Source: Candidatus Omnitrophota bacterium (GTDB lineage Bacteria; Omnitrophota; Gorgyraeia; Aquiviventales; Aquiviventaceae). Taken from it: a stretch of DNA of 64,000 nucleotides. A model generated the notes under the pieces. The model was not told the origin of the DNA and ran no database searches. It saw only the letters and a program-made list of their open reading frames with translations. Position 1 is the stretch's first letter; every line of letters begins with the position of its first letter. The DNA is taken from contig JAHFGV010000007.1 in assembly GCA_023247255.1 (NCBI GenBank), positions 6,602-70,601 on the forward strand. The letters are read 5' to 3'. This document shows, in pieces, positions 28,661 through 39,305 of this stretch. A program made the translations under genes and the position numbers.

Positions 28661-29587
28661 ATGCGTGTAATCTTTTTCGGAACAGGGGATTTTGCCGTGC
28701 CGATCCTGGAACGTCTGGTTGAAAATCATTATCCCATTGTTTTATGTGTGACCCAACCGGACCGTCCACAAGGGCGTGGACTTCAGACCGTCGCCTGTCC
28801 AGTCAAACAAGTCGCTTTGCGGCTCCAGCTACCCCTGGCCCAACCGGAGGGTTTGTCTTGCCAGCTCTGTGAAGATAGGCCGAGCGATATCGGAATCGCG
28901 GTTGATTATGGCCGACTGATTCCTGCGGATCTTCTCGATTTTCCGCAGCATGGAATTCTTGGGGTCCATCCGTCTCTCTTGCCAAAATACAGGGGTGCAT
29001 CCCCGATCCCCTGGTCCATTCTCCAGGGAGAAGAAAAAACAGGGGTGAGCATCTTTCGACTGGCCCAAGGGCTGGATGCAGGACCGATAGCCTCGCAGCA
29101 GACCATCGCCATCGAACCGGCGGAAGATGCTGCATCGCTAGCTAGGCGGTTGGCGATTCTAGGAGCCCAACAACTGTTGGGGGTCTTAGCACTTTTCTCA
29201 AAAGAATCTGTGAGTTGGTCCCCGCAGGATGACTCGCAGGCCAGCTACGCCCCCAAACTCACTAAGGAACAGGGACGAGTCGATTGGCGTCAGCCGGCTG
29301 TCTCTATCGAACGCCTGGTGCGCGCCATGAATCCTTGGCCTTGTGCCTACACAACGTGGAAGACGACTTTGCTGAAGATTTGGAAAGTGGAAGTGGCTAG
29401 CCACAGGGATGCGCCCCACAGCTTCTATCCCGGCACCGTGACGGCCGCTACTGCCCATGGAATCACCGTCATGACCGGAAAGGAAACGGTTATCCTAAAG
29501 GAAGTACAACCAGCGGGAAAACGACGCATGCATGCTCAAGAATTTCTCGCAGGCCATCCTGTCCAGGTAGGGGAACAATTAGTTTAG
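28661..29587 (+). CDS. fmt: methionyl-tRNA formyltransferase
   Basis: MRVIFFGTGDFAVP, VVTQPDRP, HPSLLPKYRGASPI and a C-terminal Fmt domain. The def-fmt pair is conserved. Confidence 0.85.
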   Translation: MRVIFFGTGDFAVPILERLVENHYPIVLCVTQPDRPQGRGLQTVACPVKQVALRLQLPLAQPEGLSCQLCEDRPSDIGIAVDYGRLIPADLLDFPQHGILGVHPSLLPKYRGASPIPWSILQGEEKTGVSIFRLAQGLDAGPIASQQTIAIEPAEDAASLARRLAILGAQQLLGVLALFSKESVSWSPQDDSQASYAPKLTKEQGRVDWRQPAVSIERLVRAMNPWPCAYTTWKTTLLKIWKVEVASHRDAPHSFYPGTVTAATAHGITVMTGKETVILKEVQPAGKRRMHAQEFLAGHPVQVGEQLV

Positions 29588-29653
29588 TGACTAGTGAAAG
29601 GCAAAAGCTAAAAATACTTTTCTGGTTCTCATTAATCACTAGTCACGAGTCAC

Positions 29654-29770
29654 TAATACAAAGGAACTAAGTCGTGCAACCATTTCCCTCACCTGTTTCC
29701 TCTCCCCTGGGGGGAGAGGAAACAGGTGAGGGAGCGTTGGAATGACACAAAACTAATTTCTATTGTATTA
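29654..29770. repeat. hairpin element, copy 1 (TAATACAA ends; central CCTCACCTGTTTCCTCTCCCC-TGGGG-GGAGAGGAAACAGGTGAGG stem-loop)
   Basis: Near-perfect 21-bp stem. A second copy lies at 57682-57799 in the opposite orientation. This copy is flanked by additional nested IRs (GTGACTAGTGA / TCACTAGTCAC at 29588-29647). Confidence 0.55.
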
Positions 29771-29813
29771 ATCACTGCCTTTAGCACTGGTCACCGGTCA
29801 CTGTACTTAAACG

Positions 29814-30872
29814 ATGCCTGAATTACGCAAAGATCCCCTCATTGGGCGATGGGTCATCATTGCGACCGAGCGTGTCCGTCGTCCGGTTGATTTTCTCACC
29901 ACACAGGATGATTCATCGGTGTCGGAGGATTGTCCTTTCTGCGAAGGCCATGAAGCTTTGACCCCTAAGGAAATTTCTGCCATTCGCTCAGAAAATGATT
30001 TAACGGCACGACCTGGCTGGAAGGTCCGCGTGGTTCCCAGCATCATGCCCCTGCTACGCATTGAGGGAAAGCTAAACCGGCGGGCAAAGGGTATGTACGA
30101 CCTTATGGACGGAATCGGGGCTCACGAAATCATCGTTGAGAGCCCCCATCACATCGCCAATGCGGCAGAACTGCCGGTGGAACAATTTCATTGGGTCCTG
30201 CAGAGCGTCGTCGCACGGATGGTAGACTTGGAACGGGATTCCCGGTTTCGATACGCCCTGTGGTTTAAGAACTACGGTTCTGTCGCAGGTGCTGGCCGTA
30301 TCGCGCACGTTCGTTCCCAGATCATTGCCACTCCTGTAACCCCCAAACGGGTGAAAGAGGAACTCGTGGGCGCCCGGCGCTATTTCGAGGAAAAAGAGCG
30401 TTGCTTGCTTTGTGACCTCCTCATCCAAGAACGTGAACTGGGGGAGCGCATCGTAATGGAATCGGCCCATATGGTTGTCCTGTGCCCGTTCGCCTCTCGA
30501 TTTCCGTTTGAGATCTGGATATTTCCCAAACGCCATAGTTGCGATTTCGCCTCGATCCCATCCGAAGAACAAAAGGACCTAGCCAACGTTCTCAAACAAG
30601 TTCTGCTGCGTCTGAAATCTGCGTTGAACGATCCCCCGTACAATTACCTCCTTCATACCGCTCCTTTTCGCCATCATAACGGCAAGGTCGGACACTGGAA
30701 GACCATCGAAGCCGACTACCACTGGCACATCGAACTGATCCCTCGCCTGAGCCGGCTAGCAGGATTTGAATGGGGAAGCGGTTTTTACATCAACCCTACC
30801 CCACCCGAGGAGTCAGCCAAGTATTTACGGGAGCTGGTCATAGAACCTGAAATCACCACAAGTTACGCGTGA
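29814..30872 (+). CDS. galactose-1-phosphate uridylyltransferase-like HIT-family nucleotidyltransferase (class I GalT-like)
   Basis: CPFCEGHE zinc site, GAHEIIVESP, HVRSQIIATP (HxHxQ-type HIT motif) and a C-terminal GalT half. Confidence 0.7.
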   Translation: MPELRKDPLIGRWVIIATERVRRPVDFLTTQDDSSVSEDCPFCEGHEALTPKEISAIRSENDLTARPGWKVRVVPSIMPLLRIEGKLNRRAKGMYDLMDGIGAHEIIVESPHHIANAAELPVEQFHWVLQSVVARMVDLERDSRFRYALWFKNYGSVAGAGRIAHVRSQIIATPVTPKRVKEELVGARRYFEEKERCLLCDLLIQERELGERIVMESAHMVVLCPFASRFPFEIWIFPKRHSCDFASIPSEEQKDLANVLKQVLLRLKSALNDPPYNYLLHTAPFRHHNGKVGHWKTIEADYHWHIELIPRLSRLAGFEWGSGFYINPTPPEESAKYLRELVIEPEITTSYA

Positions 30873-30923
30873 TATGTCCTGAAAGCAGTCACACACTCTT
30901 TGAGGAGAATAACGGCCATTGCC

Positions 30924-32039
30924 ATGTCTGAGTTGCGACGGGATACTCTAACCGGCCGGTGGAATATCATCAACACCGACGATCCTTTAGGACCGGAGGC
31001 TTTCGATCGGGAATCGCATCGGATCGTGGGAAGCAAGTGCCCTTTTTGCCCAGCTCAGGAGCAATTCACTCCACCCGAAATCTACGCGATAAGGCCGACG
31101 CCAAACGCTGCGAATAAACCCGATTGGCTTCTGCGCGTCATTCCTAACAAGTTTCCAGCCTTGAAGATTGAGGGGGATTTAAACCGACGGGGCATGGGGA
31201 TCTTCGATCTGTGCCATGGCGTGGGCGCCCATGAAGTCATCATTGAAACGCCGGATCATGGACGTCAGATGGCTAACTTCAATTCTGAAGAAATCGCACG
31301 AGTCCTCATCGCCTTTAAGCTGCGTTTGCTCGACTTGCGGGGTGATCGTCGACTGAAATATTCGCTGATTTTCAAAAACTTCGGGCTTTCCGCGGGGGCA
31401 TCTCTGGAACATGCCCATTCGCAGCTTATCGCCCTTCCCATCATTCCTAAACGCGTTCAGGAAGAACTTCACGGGGCAGAACGTTATTTCGAGTTCCGGG
31501 AGCGATGCGCCTTTTGCGACATGCTCCATCAAGAACTTCAGGAATCCGAGCGTCTGGTAGCAGAAAACCGCCTCTTCGTCGCATACTGTCCGTTTGTTTC
31601 CAGCTTCCCGTTTGAGGTTTGGATTCTGCCCAGGGAACACCATTCTGATTTTGCCCAGATCACAAACGAGGAAATCGAGGATTTCGGCCGCCTTTTAGTA
31701 GAAACCCTGGGACGTTTGCATCGGGCACTCTTTAACCCTTCCTACAATTTCATCATCCATACCATTCCGATGGAAAGACGCGATCATGAGGAATATCACT
31801 GGCACCTGGAATTGATTCCGAAACTCACAAAGGTGGCAGGATTCGAATGGGGAACCGGTTTTTACATCAACCCCACCCCACCGGAGCTTGCAGCGCAAGT
31901 GTTACGGAATGTGTCCGGAAGTCCGATTCCTTGTGTGGGAGAGAGTAAGACAGCAGAGAGTAAGAAAGGAATGGTAGAAAGTGCCATCCAGCCATCGAAC
32001 AGTCTACCCCGCCAGGCACAACAAGAGGGGGGTAGCTAA
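30924..32039 (+). CDS. second GalT-like HIT-family nucleotidyltransferase paralog with a ~40-aa C-terminal extension
   Basis: CPFCPAQE, GAHEVIIETP and HAHSQLIALP; same architecture as the upstream gene. Start chosen at ATG 30924 (MSELRRDTLTGRW). Confidence 0.7.
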   Translation: MSELRRDTLTGRWNIINTDDPLGPEAFDRESHRIVGSKCPFCPAQEQFTPPEIYAIRPTPNAANKPDWLLRVIPNKFPALKIEGDLNRRGMGIFDLCHGVGAHEVIIETPDHGRQMANFNSEEIARVLIAFKLRLLDLRGDRRLKYSLIFKNFGLSAGASLEHAHSQLIALPIIPKRVQEELHGAERYFEFRERCAFCDMLHQELQESERLVAENRLFVAYCPFVSSFPFEVWILPREHHSDFAQITNEEIEDFGRLLVETLGRLHRALFNPSYNFIIHTIPMERRDHEEYHWHLELIPKLTKVAGFEWGTGFYINPTPPELAAQVLRNVSGSPIPCVGESKTAESKKGMVESAIQPSNSLPRQAQQEGGS

Positions 32040-32055
32040 CTCATGCAACAGTCGA

Positions 32056-33672
32056 TCACTTTGTCTGCCGAGTCTCCCAGGACTTGACGTGAAACGAGTC
32101 TACTTGCCGGCCTTGCCCATCTATACCAAGATAGCGCAGACGCTCATCGAAATGAATCGCTACCGTGTTGGCAGCTTCCCCATGAACCCGTAAAGAGCCT
32201 CCAGAAACAAATCCCCCATAGTACGTGGCATCGGCTGGCCCGCCGGAACCCTCTCCGCGTGTGATATCCAGATCTCCAGACTCCACGTAGACAGAGCCAT
32301 AGAATGGCCTGACCTGGCGAAGGGCACTATCTGAAAGGGTGCCGCAGGGAGCAGTGGTGCAAGTCACATAGACCTGAAAACTCGCGGGTTTATTATTTGC
32401 GGTATCTACCCAGGCTCCGTTTCCTTCAAAGTCAAATCCGGTATCCCTCATATAGATTTTGCTGACCCATGGTGTAACGGGGGTAGCGTCCCTCCGTACG
32501 ATTTGTCCAGCCATGTTAATGTCCAGGTTCTGTGTTGCTTGGCTTCCTCCCGTATTATCCACCAATAAGTTGCAATTATCCCACATCGCAAAAGTTCCTC
32601 GAATATCGAGGGACTTGACTTTGGTATCTCCGATGCAGTTCCACGTTCGGCCGGCAGGAATCGTGCAATTGCCAGCAACACACGTGCATGTGACTCCACA
32701 CCCTACCGGAGCGCTGGAATAGCCCATTCCCAAAAGACCTGCGGGAATCTGAATGTGTGGAAGGTTAGCCGTTTGTTGAAGTTGAACACCACCCGTGAGT
32801 CGGGAACTAGGCATGGGATCTGGGTCGATCTGAGTACCGGGGGTGACAAATCCTTTGCCTTTGACTACACCGGATGCGCTCGAAATCCGAAAACCCACCT
32901 GGCCGACTGGAGGATTTATCGCATTGGTACCTACATGGCCGGTTTCGAGTTGATTCCCGGGCCCATAGTTCCCAACGCGATTATCGTAGCTATCGATCGT
33001 AACCTGGTTGTCAATCCAAAGGTAGTCATCGGCATAGGCGGCATAGCGAAAATCCGTAGGATCAAGCTCTAAGACGACACGGCTGACAAAGATACTCGTT
33101 GAAGAAGCCATGGAGGGGATATAGCCGGTTCCAGTAATAGACGGTTGAGGATTACTGAGATCAACCACTTCAATGGTGTAATCCCCCACCACCTGTTCAC
33201 TACCATCTCCTGCGCTAACGCCCAGAATTGTCTTCTGCGTATCTGGCCAGCCGAGTGGAGTGTCCAGCGGCCCAGGCCCTGAAGGTGGAACCCACCCATG
33301 CTGAGAGTGGAAGGGATACTCGATCGCCTGTGTTGCATCCGAATTTAGGGGCGGAATCTTATCAATATCTCCATCTTGATCGAGATCTGCAAGGGCTGGT
33401 CCAGGAGGCACTGTGTTCGGTGCATACAGATTAACCAGATCGTACAATCCATGATTGGCGTACCAAAGACCTTCATTGGCAGCCGCTTCCGAAAGGTTAT
33501 AAGCCTGCTGGTTCTGGAAGATTCGATTTTGGATGAGGAGGTTTTGTTTGATCATGGGATAGTAACTGGCCACCAGGATCAGGGAAAGCGCCAGACCCGT
33601 CAGACTCCAGAGTAATAGGGCTCCCCCATGTCGATTACGTAATCGTTGGATCATGTGTCTGGGCTTCTTCAT
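32056..33672 (-). CDS. PilX/GspK-like minor pilin (pseudopilin) with a large C-terminal domain
   Basis: The N-terminus RNRHGGALLLWSLTGLALSLILVASY resembles the PilX_N / GspK N-terminal segment. It is the last gene of a pilV-pilW-pilX-ordered operon. Confidence 0.55.
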   Translation of the reverse strand: MKKPRHMIQRLRNRHGGALLLWSLTGLALSLILVASYYPMIKQNLLIQNRIFQNQQAYNLSEAAANEGLWYANHGLYDLVNLYAPNTVPPGPALADLDQDGDIDKIPPLNSDATQAIEYPFHSQHGWVPPSGPGPLDTPLGWPDTQKTILGVSAGDGSEQVVGDYTIEVVDLSNPQPSITGTGYIPSMASSTSIFVSRVVLELDPTDFRYAAYADDYLWIDNQVTIDSYDNRVGNYGPGNQLETGHVGTNAINPPVGQVGFRISSASGVVKGKGFVTPGTQIDPDPMPSSRLTGGVQLQQTANLPHIQIPAGLLGMGYSSAPVGCGVTCTCVAGNCTIPAGRTWNCIGDTKVKSLDIRGTFAMWDNCNLLVDNTGGSQATQNLDINMAGQIVRRDATPVTPWVSKIYMRDTGFDFEGNGAWVDTANNKPASFQVYVTCTTAPCGTLSDSALRQVRPFYGSVYVESGDLDITRGEGSGGPADATYYGGFVSGGSLRVHGEAANTVAIHFDERLRYLGIDGQGRQVDSFHVKSWETRQTK

Positions 33673-33849
33673 TTACTCCCCACCTCTACCCAATGATCCC
33701 CGGGTGCTCTGGTGCTCAATATGGCTTACAAATCTGGTATCCCTCATCGGTACTGCAAGCTCGCCGCGATTCACGTCCCCATTGGAGTATGAGTTATCCA
33801 GAGCACCAAGAATGATCCTTGTGTCGATCTAAATTCCGCCTCGCGGAGT

Positions 33850-34527
33850 TTAGGGTGCGGTATTCCGGTAAACCGCACGGGTGGTTAGACTCGCAGGATA
33901 GGCTACGCGCTGCTCCGTCCGTGTCCGAGTCAATGTGATGTCGAGAATCTGATCCAAAGCTGCTGATGCGGGAAGTCCGGATGGAGCACTAAAGGAAATG
34001 GCTGTAACATCATTGGCAATCACGCGGTTAGGATTTTCGTCGTTGCGCGCGCTGGTTGCATTGGCAGAAGCGATGACTCGTGAAAGCTGGCGCGTTGCCG
34101 GATCGTACGTGTAGACGATGTGATCAAACAGCGTTGTCGCATTCAAGACATTACCATTCTCATCAATCGAAGGAAGCCGCAAAATCCACGTCGCGGCTCC
34201 ATCCGCACCCCCCCCAAGCGCATCTTGGATATAGGACGAAAATAACGCTGGGGCATCGACCGACTGTCGAACGTCGCTTGCAAGTTGCTGGAGGGATTGA
34301 TTCAGACTCATCTGGTTCGTGGCTTGGGCATTCACCGTATTAAACCCACTAGAAATTCCTGAAAGAAGCACGAAAATAGATCCGCTCAGCAACACTACTA
34401 AGACTGTACTCAGGGATAGTTCAATGATAGTCATTCCATCCTGATGGAGGAAATGACGGGGTTGTGGTCGCTGGAGTAGCTTCATAGGCAACCGCTCATT
34501 TTCCAACACGATTCTGGGATACATCAT
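33850..34527 (-). CDS. PilW/GspJ-like prepilin-type protein
   Basis: Prepilin N-terminal methylation motif GMTIIELSLSTVLVVLLSG. Start overlaps the upstream pilV-like stop. Confidence 0.6.
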   Translation of the reverse strand: MMYPRIVLENERLPMKLLQRPQPRHFLHQDGMTIIELSLSTVLVVLLSGSIFVLLSGISSGFNTVNAQATNQMSLNQSLQQLASDVRQSVDAPALFSSYIQDALGGGADGAATWILRLPSIDENGNVLNATTLFDHIVYTYDPATRQLSRVIASANATSARNDENPNRVIANDVTAISFSAPSGLPASAALDQILDITLTRTRTEQRVAYPASLTTRAVYRNTAP

Positions 34528-35018
34528 GATGGGGTCTTGTCAAAACTTTTATCGGTAACGAGCGTGACCAGACGATAGGAGCGAAAGTTCCCGGCATTCC
34601 CTGCAGCTACCGAATCAGCCAAGTCTACAACCACGGTGACTAATTTCACCTGAGGGACACCCACAGAGCGATCCTGGACAAAGATTCGCTCCCGAATCCA
34701 GGGAACATTGAAAAGCTCCGCAGGATCCCCTGCAGTCGGCAACTGGGTTGAAAGTGCAGGCATTGCGCTTACCACATCGTAGCCGTCATAACGACTGATC
34801 CGCTCCATGATGTGCATGGCCCATGCCTGAGCGACCTGATCTGACCGACCTCGCGTTAGGGTGGAAATGTCTCGGCTGATGACCATGCTTAGGCTGGTGA
34901 TCCCGATTCCAACCACTGCCCAGGTAACCAATAACTCCAGAAAAGTAAATCCCTTATTTTTCCACCGCTCCCTAGAGGCCTGGTTCTTCATGGGAAGCTT
35001 CCCTTGTATGTTAGGCAT
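34524..35018 (-). CDS. PilV/GspI-like prepilin-type protein
   Basis: KGFTFLELLVTWAVVGIGITSL prepilin N-terminal motif. Confidence 0.6.
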   Translation of the reverse strand: MPNIQGKLPMKNQASRERWKNKGFTFLELLVTWAVVGIGITSLSMVISRDISTLTRGRSDQVAQAWAMHIMERISRYDGYDVVSAMPALSTQLPTAGDPAELFNVPWIRERIFVQDRSVGVPQVKLVTVVVDLADSVAAGNAGNFRSYRLVTLVTDKSFDKTPS

Positions 35019-35349
35019 ATCCCCGCCAGCGTCGTGAATTTAGAAACAAAAACCGGGTTACCGAACGCTCGCGCTCCCTTCGGCAACCCGGCAGTCCTGT
35101 GTCCATCCTTCGGCAACCCGGCAGTCCTTCACACAGGACCCGCGGCTTTCCTCCGCCAATAAGAGCGGCGGACCCGCCTCTGATTCCAGCGGGGGCCCCA
35201 CCTTACGATGGGTGTGGCTTTATCGAGTGACGCGTTTTTTGATAAGCTCAAATTTTGTAGTTGATTGTCTTAAGTATACCTCAGACATCACTGGTACTGT
35301 CAAGGTACTGTCAAGGGTGTTTGACGCAGGCGTCCTTTCCAACGTATAA

Positions 35350-36665
<1,316 letters not shown>

Positions 36666-36666
36666 G

Positions 36667-37872
36667 ATGAAACAGACGGTCAGGGATGTCGAGCTGCTCG
36701 GAAAGCGCGTATTGATACGGGTTGACTTTAATGTGCCCCTCGACAAAGCGACGGGGCAGATTACCGATGATACGCGCATCAAAGAAAGCCTGCCCACTAT
36801 CCGTTTTTGCCTGGATCAAGGAGCATCCGTAGTGCTCATGAGTCACCTCGGTCGTCCGGATGGAAAGCGCATTTCTTCCTTGTCTCTTAGAATCGTCGCT
36901 GTGCGGCTCAGTGAATTGCTCGGCCGAATGGTGATTTTCCTGGAGGACTGTGTGGGAACTGAGGTGGAAACACGTCTGAAGGCGCTGCCATCCGGTGAGG
37001 TCGCCCTGTTGGAAAATCTTCGCTTCCATCCTGAAGAAGAACAGAATGATCCTGCATTTTCCGCCCAACTGGCGAGAATGGGCGAGTTGTATGTCAACGA
37101 TGCCTTCGGAACGGCCCACCGAGCGCATGCCTCAACAGAAGGCCTGGCGCGGAAGCTTCCTGCCGTTGCCGGATTTCTGATGGAGAAAGAAATCCAATAT
37201 CTTGAAGAAGCCCTGGCGAATCCCACACGACCTTTTGTAGCAATCTTGGGTGGAGCCAAAGTTTCCGATAAAATCGGCGTGCTCCAGCGACTGCTCGAAC
37301 GGGTGGATCGAGTGTTGATTGGTGGGGGTATGGCCTACACTTTCTTGAAGGCCCAAGGCCATGCCATAGGTTCTTCCAAGCTTGAAGCGGATAAGGTGGA
37401 GTTGGCCAAACAGATCCTGGCCAATGCTCAAAGACGTCCGGTGAATTTGCTCTTGCCATCGGACCATCGAATCACCGCATCCCTAGATACTGACAGCCCC
37501 GTGAAAATAACCGGAACCATCGATATTCCGGAAGGCTGGCTCGGCGCAGACATCGGACCGCGCACGATCGAAGCATTCACAAGCGCACTTGCCGATGCCA
37601 AGACCGTCATCTGGAATGGACCGGTGGGTGTGTTTGAACAGCCTCGTTTTTGCGAAGGCAGCCGGAAGATCGCCCAAACGCTGTCTCAGTTGAAAGGAGC
37701 CACCACGATCATTGGAGGAGGGGATACGGCTGCCTGCGTTCAACAACTTCAGTTGGCTGATCGCATGAGCCATGTCTCCACGGGTGGTGGGGCGTCGCTT
37801 GAGTTTCTGGAAGGCAAAGTGCTGCCAGGCATTGCCATCCTGCGTGATCGACCGCTCAATCTTGCGAAGTAA
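36667..37872 (+). CDS. pgk: phosphoglycerate kinase
   Basis: RVDFNVPL, MSHLGRP and GGGASLEFLEGK motifs. Confidence 0.9.
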   Translation: MKQTVRDVELLGKRVLIRVDFNVPLDKATGQITDDTRIKESLPTIRFCLDQGASVVLMSHLGRPDGKRISSLSLRIVAVRLSELLGRMVIFLEDCVGTEVETRLKALPSGEVALLENLRFHPEEEQNDPAFSAQLARMGELYVNDAFGTAHRAHASTEGLARKLPAVAGFLMEKEIQYLEEALANPTRPFVAILGGAKVSDKIGVLQRLLERVDRVLIGGGMAYTFLKAQGHAIGSSKLEADKVELAKQILANAQRRPVNLLLPSDHRITASLDTDSPVKITGTIDIPEGWLGADIGPRTIEAFTSALADAKTVIWNGPVGVFEQPRFCEGSRKIAQTLSQLKGATTIIGGGDTAACVQQLQLADRMSHVSTGGGASLEFLEGKVLPGIAILRDRPLNLAK

Positions 37873-37874
37873 AG

Positions 37875-38648
37875 ATGAGAAAACCGGTCATTGCAGGCAA
37901 TTGGAAAATGCATCTTGGCCTCAAGGAAGCCGAGCAGCTGGTGCACCAGTTGAAAAATAGCTGTGACACCGAGGAAATCGAGGTAGCGGTCTGTCCTGCG
38001 TTTACAGCCTTGTTTTCTGTGGCTCGGGTTCTGAAAGATTCAAAGATCGGTATCGGGGCTCAGGATGTGTTTTGGGAGGATCAAGGGGCCTTCACTGGAG
38101 AGATTTCTCCAGGGATGCTGCTCGACGTCGGCTGTCGATATGTCATCATTGGCCATTCGGAGCGTCGATTGCATCTGGGGGAATCCGATCTTATGGTGCA
38201 CCGAAAACTTCTTGCCTCACTCAAACACAAGCTCATCCCCATCCTCTGCATTGGAGAGACCCTGCTCGAACGAGAGGCCAACCGGACCTTCGACGTCCTC
38301 ACGCGGCAACTGGAAGCAGCGTTTGGCGGCTGTTCTTTAACCGATGGTCTAGAGCTCATCATTGCTTACGAACCGGTGTGGGCAATCGGAACCGGGTGGA
38401 ATGCCAGCCCCCAACAGGCCCAGGAGGCTCATCGGTTTATCCGGCGGTGGATTTCAGAGCACTTGGGTACAGCCGTAGCGGCATCGATCCGCATCCAATA
38501 CGGTGGCAGCGTGAATGCAGCCAATGCCGCAAGCCTTCTCCAACAATCACAGGTGGATGGTGCCCTCGTCGGTGGAGCGAGTCTTAAGGCGGAAGCCTTT
38601 GCACAAATCGTGAAAGCCGCCCTGGATACAAAAACCATTGCCCGATGA
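37875..38648 (+). CDS. tpiA: triose-phosphate isomerase
   Basis: AGNWKMH, IIGHSERR and AYEPVWAIGTG motifs. Confidence 0.9.
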   Translation: MRKPVIAGNWKMHLGLKEAEQLVHQLKNSCDTEEIEVAVCPAFTALFSVARVLKDSKIGIGAQDVFWEDQGAFTGEISPGMLLDVGCRYVIIGHSERRLHLGESDLMVHRKLLASLKHKLIPILCIGETLLEREANRTFDVLTRQLEAAFGGCSLTDGLELIIAYEPVWAIGTGWNASPQQAQEAHRFIRRWISEHLGTAVAASIRIQYGGSVNAANAASLLQQSQVDGALVGGASLKAEAFAQIVKAALDTKTIAR

Positions 38649-38738
38649 TAGTCGTAGGTGGTTCTTGATTGTCGATTGAGGCTCGCCACTGTCCATTCAT
38701 TGGGCGAACCTCAATAGCAACGGGAGGATATCAACAGC

Positions 38739-39176
38739 ATGGTATATGGACTTGTATTGATCGTTCATGTGACGGCTTGTCTTTTGCTGATCGCTATCGT
38801 CCTGGTGCAGGGAGGTCGTGGCGGGCTGGCAGACAGCTTGAGTGGAGGCATGACTCAGTCTTTGTTCGGGGGCACAGCCAATACGGTCATGACCAAGGTG
38901 ACGGCTATCGGCAGTGGGATATTTATGGTCACTTGTCTGACCCTGGCTATGCTCTCCACGGCTAGAGGTCGCTCCGTAATGGAACAGATTCCCACGTCCT
39001 TGCCGGGTGTCCATCTTCCGGGACCGGAAAGCGCTGTTCCGTCGGCGATACCGACACCGTCAACGTCCCAGACGCCTTCGGCCTTGGAGTCCGCACAAGA
39101 CTCCACGACATCAGCCGTGGGCGACCCCGCCATTGCACCACGGCCGAAGGTTTTGGGCGATACGGCAGTGCAGTAG
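38739..39176 (+). CDS. secG: preprotein translocase subunit SecG (with extended P/S/T-rich C-terminus)
   Basis: The N-terminal 75 aa match SecG (LLIAIVLVQGGRGGLADSLSGG...SLFGG). Preceded by a 12-bp hairpin at 38668-38706. Confidence 0.7.
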   Translation: MVYGLVLIVHVTACLLLIAIVLVQGGRGGLADSLSGGMTQSLFGGTANTVMTKVTAIGSGIFMVTCLTLAMLSTARGRSVMEQIPTSLPGVHLPGPESAVPSAIPTPSTSQTPSALESAQDSTTSAVGDPAIAPRPKVLGDTAVQ

Positions 39177-39305
39177 CCGGGGTGAGCGGGATGTCTCCCC
39201 CATCGGGGCGGAGTTGTCGCTATCACAATCCAAAATCGACAATCGAAAATTCCAAAGAGGTCATTCCTGCCAATCCTTCCGCTGCCACACAGCAGTAAGT
39301 ATCTA

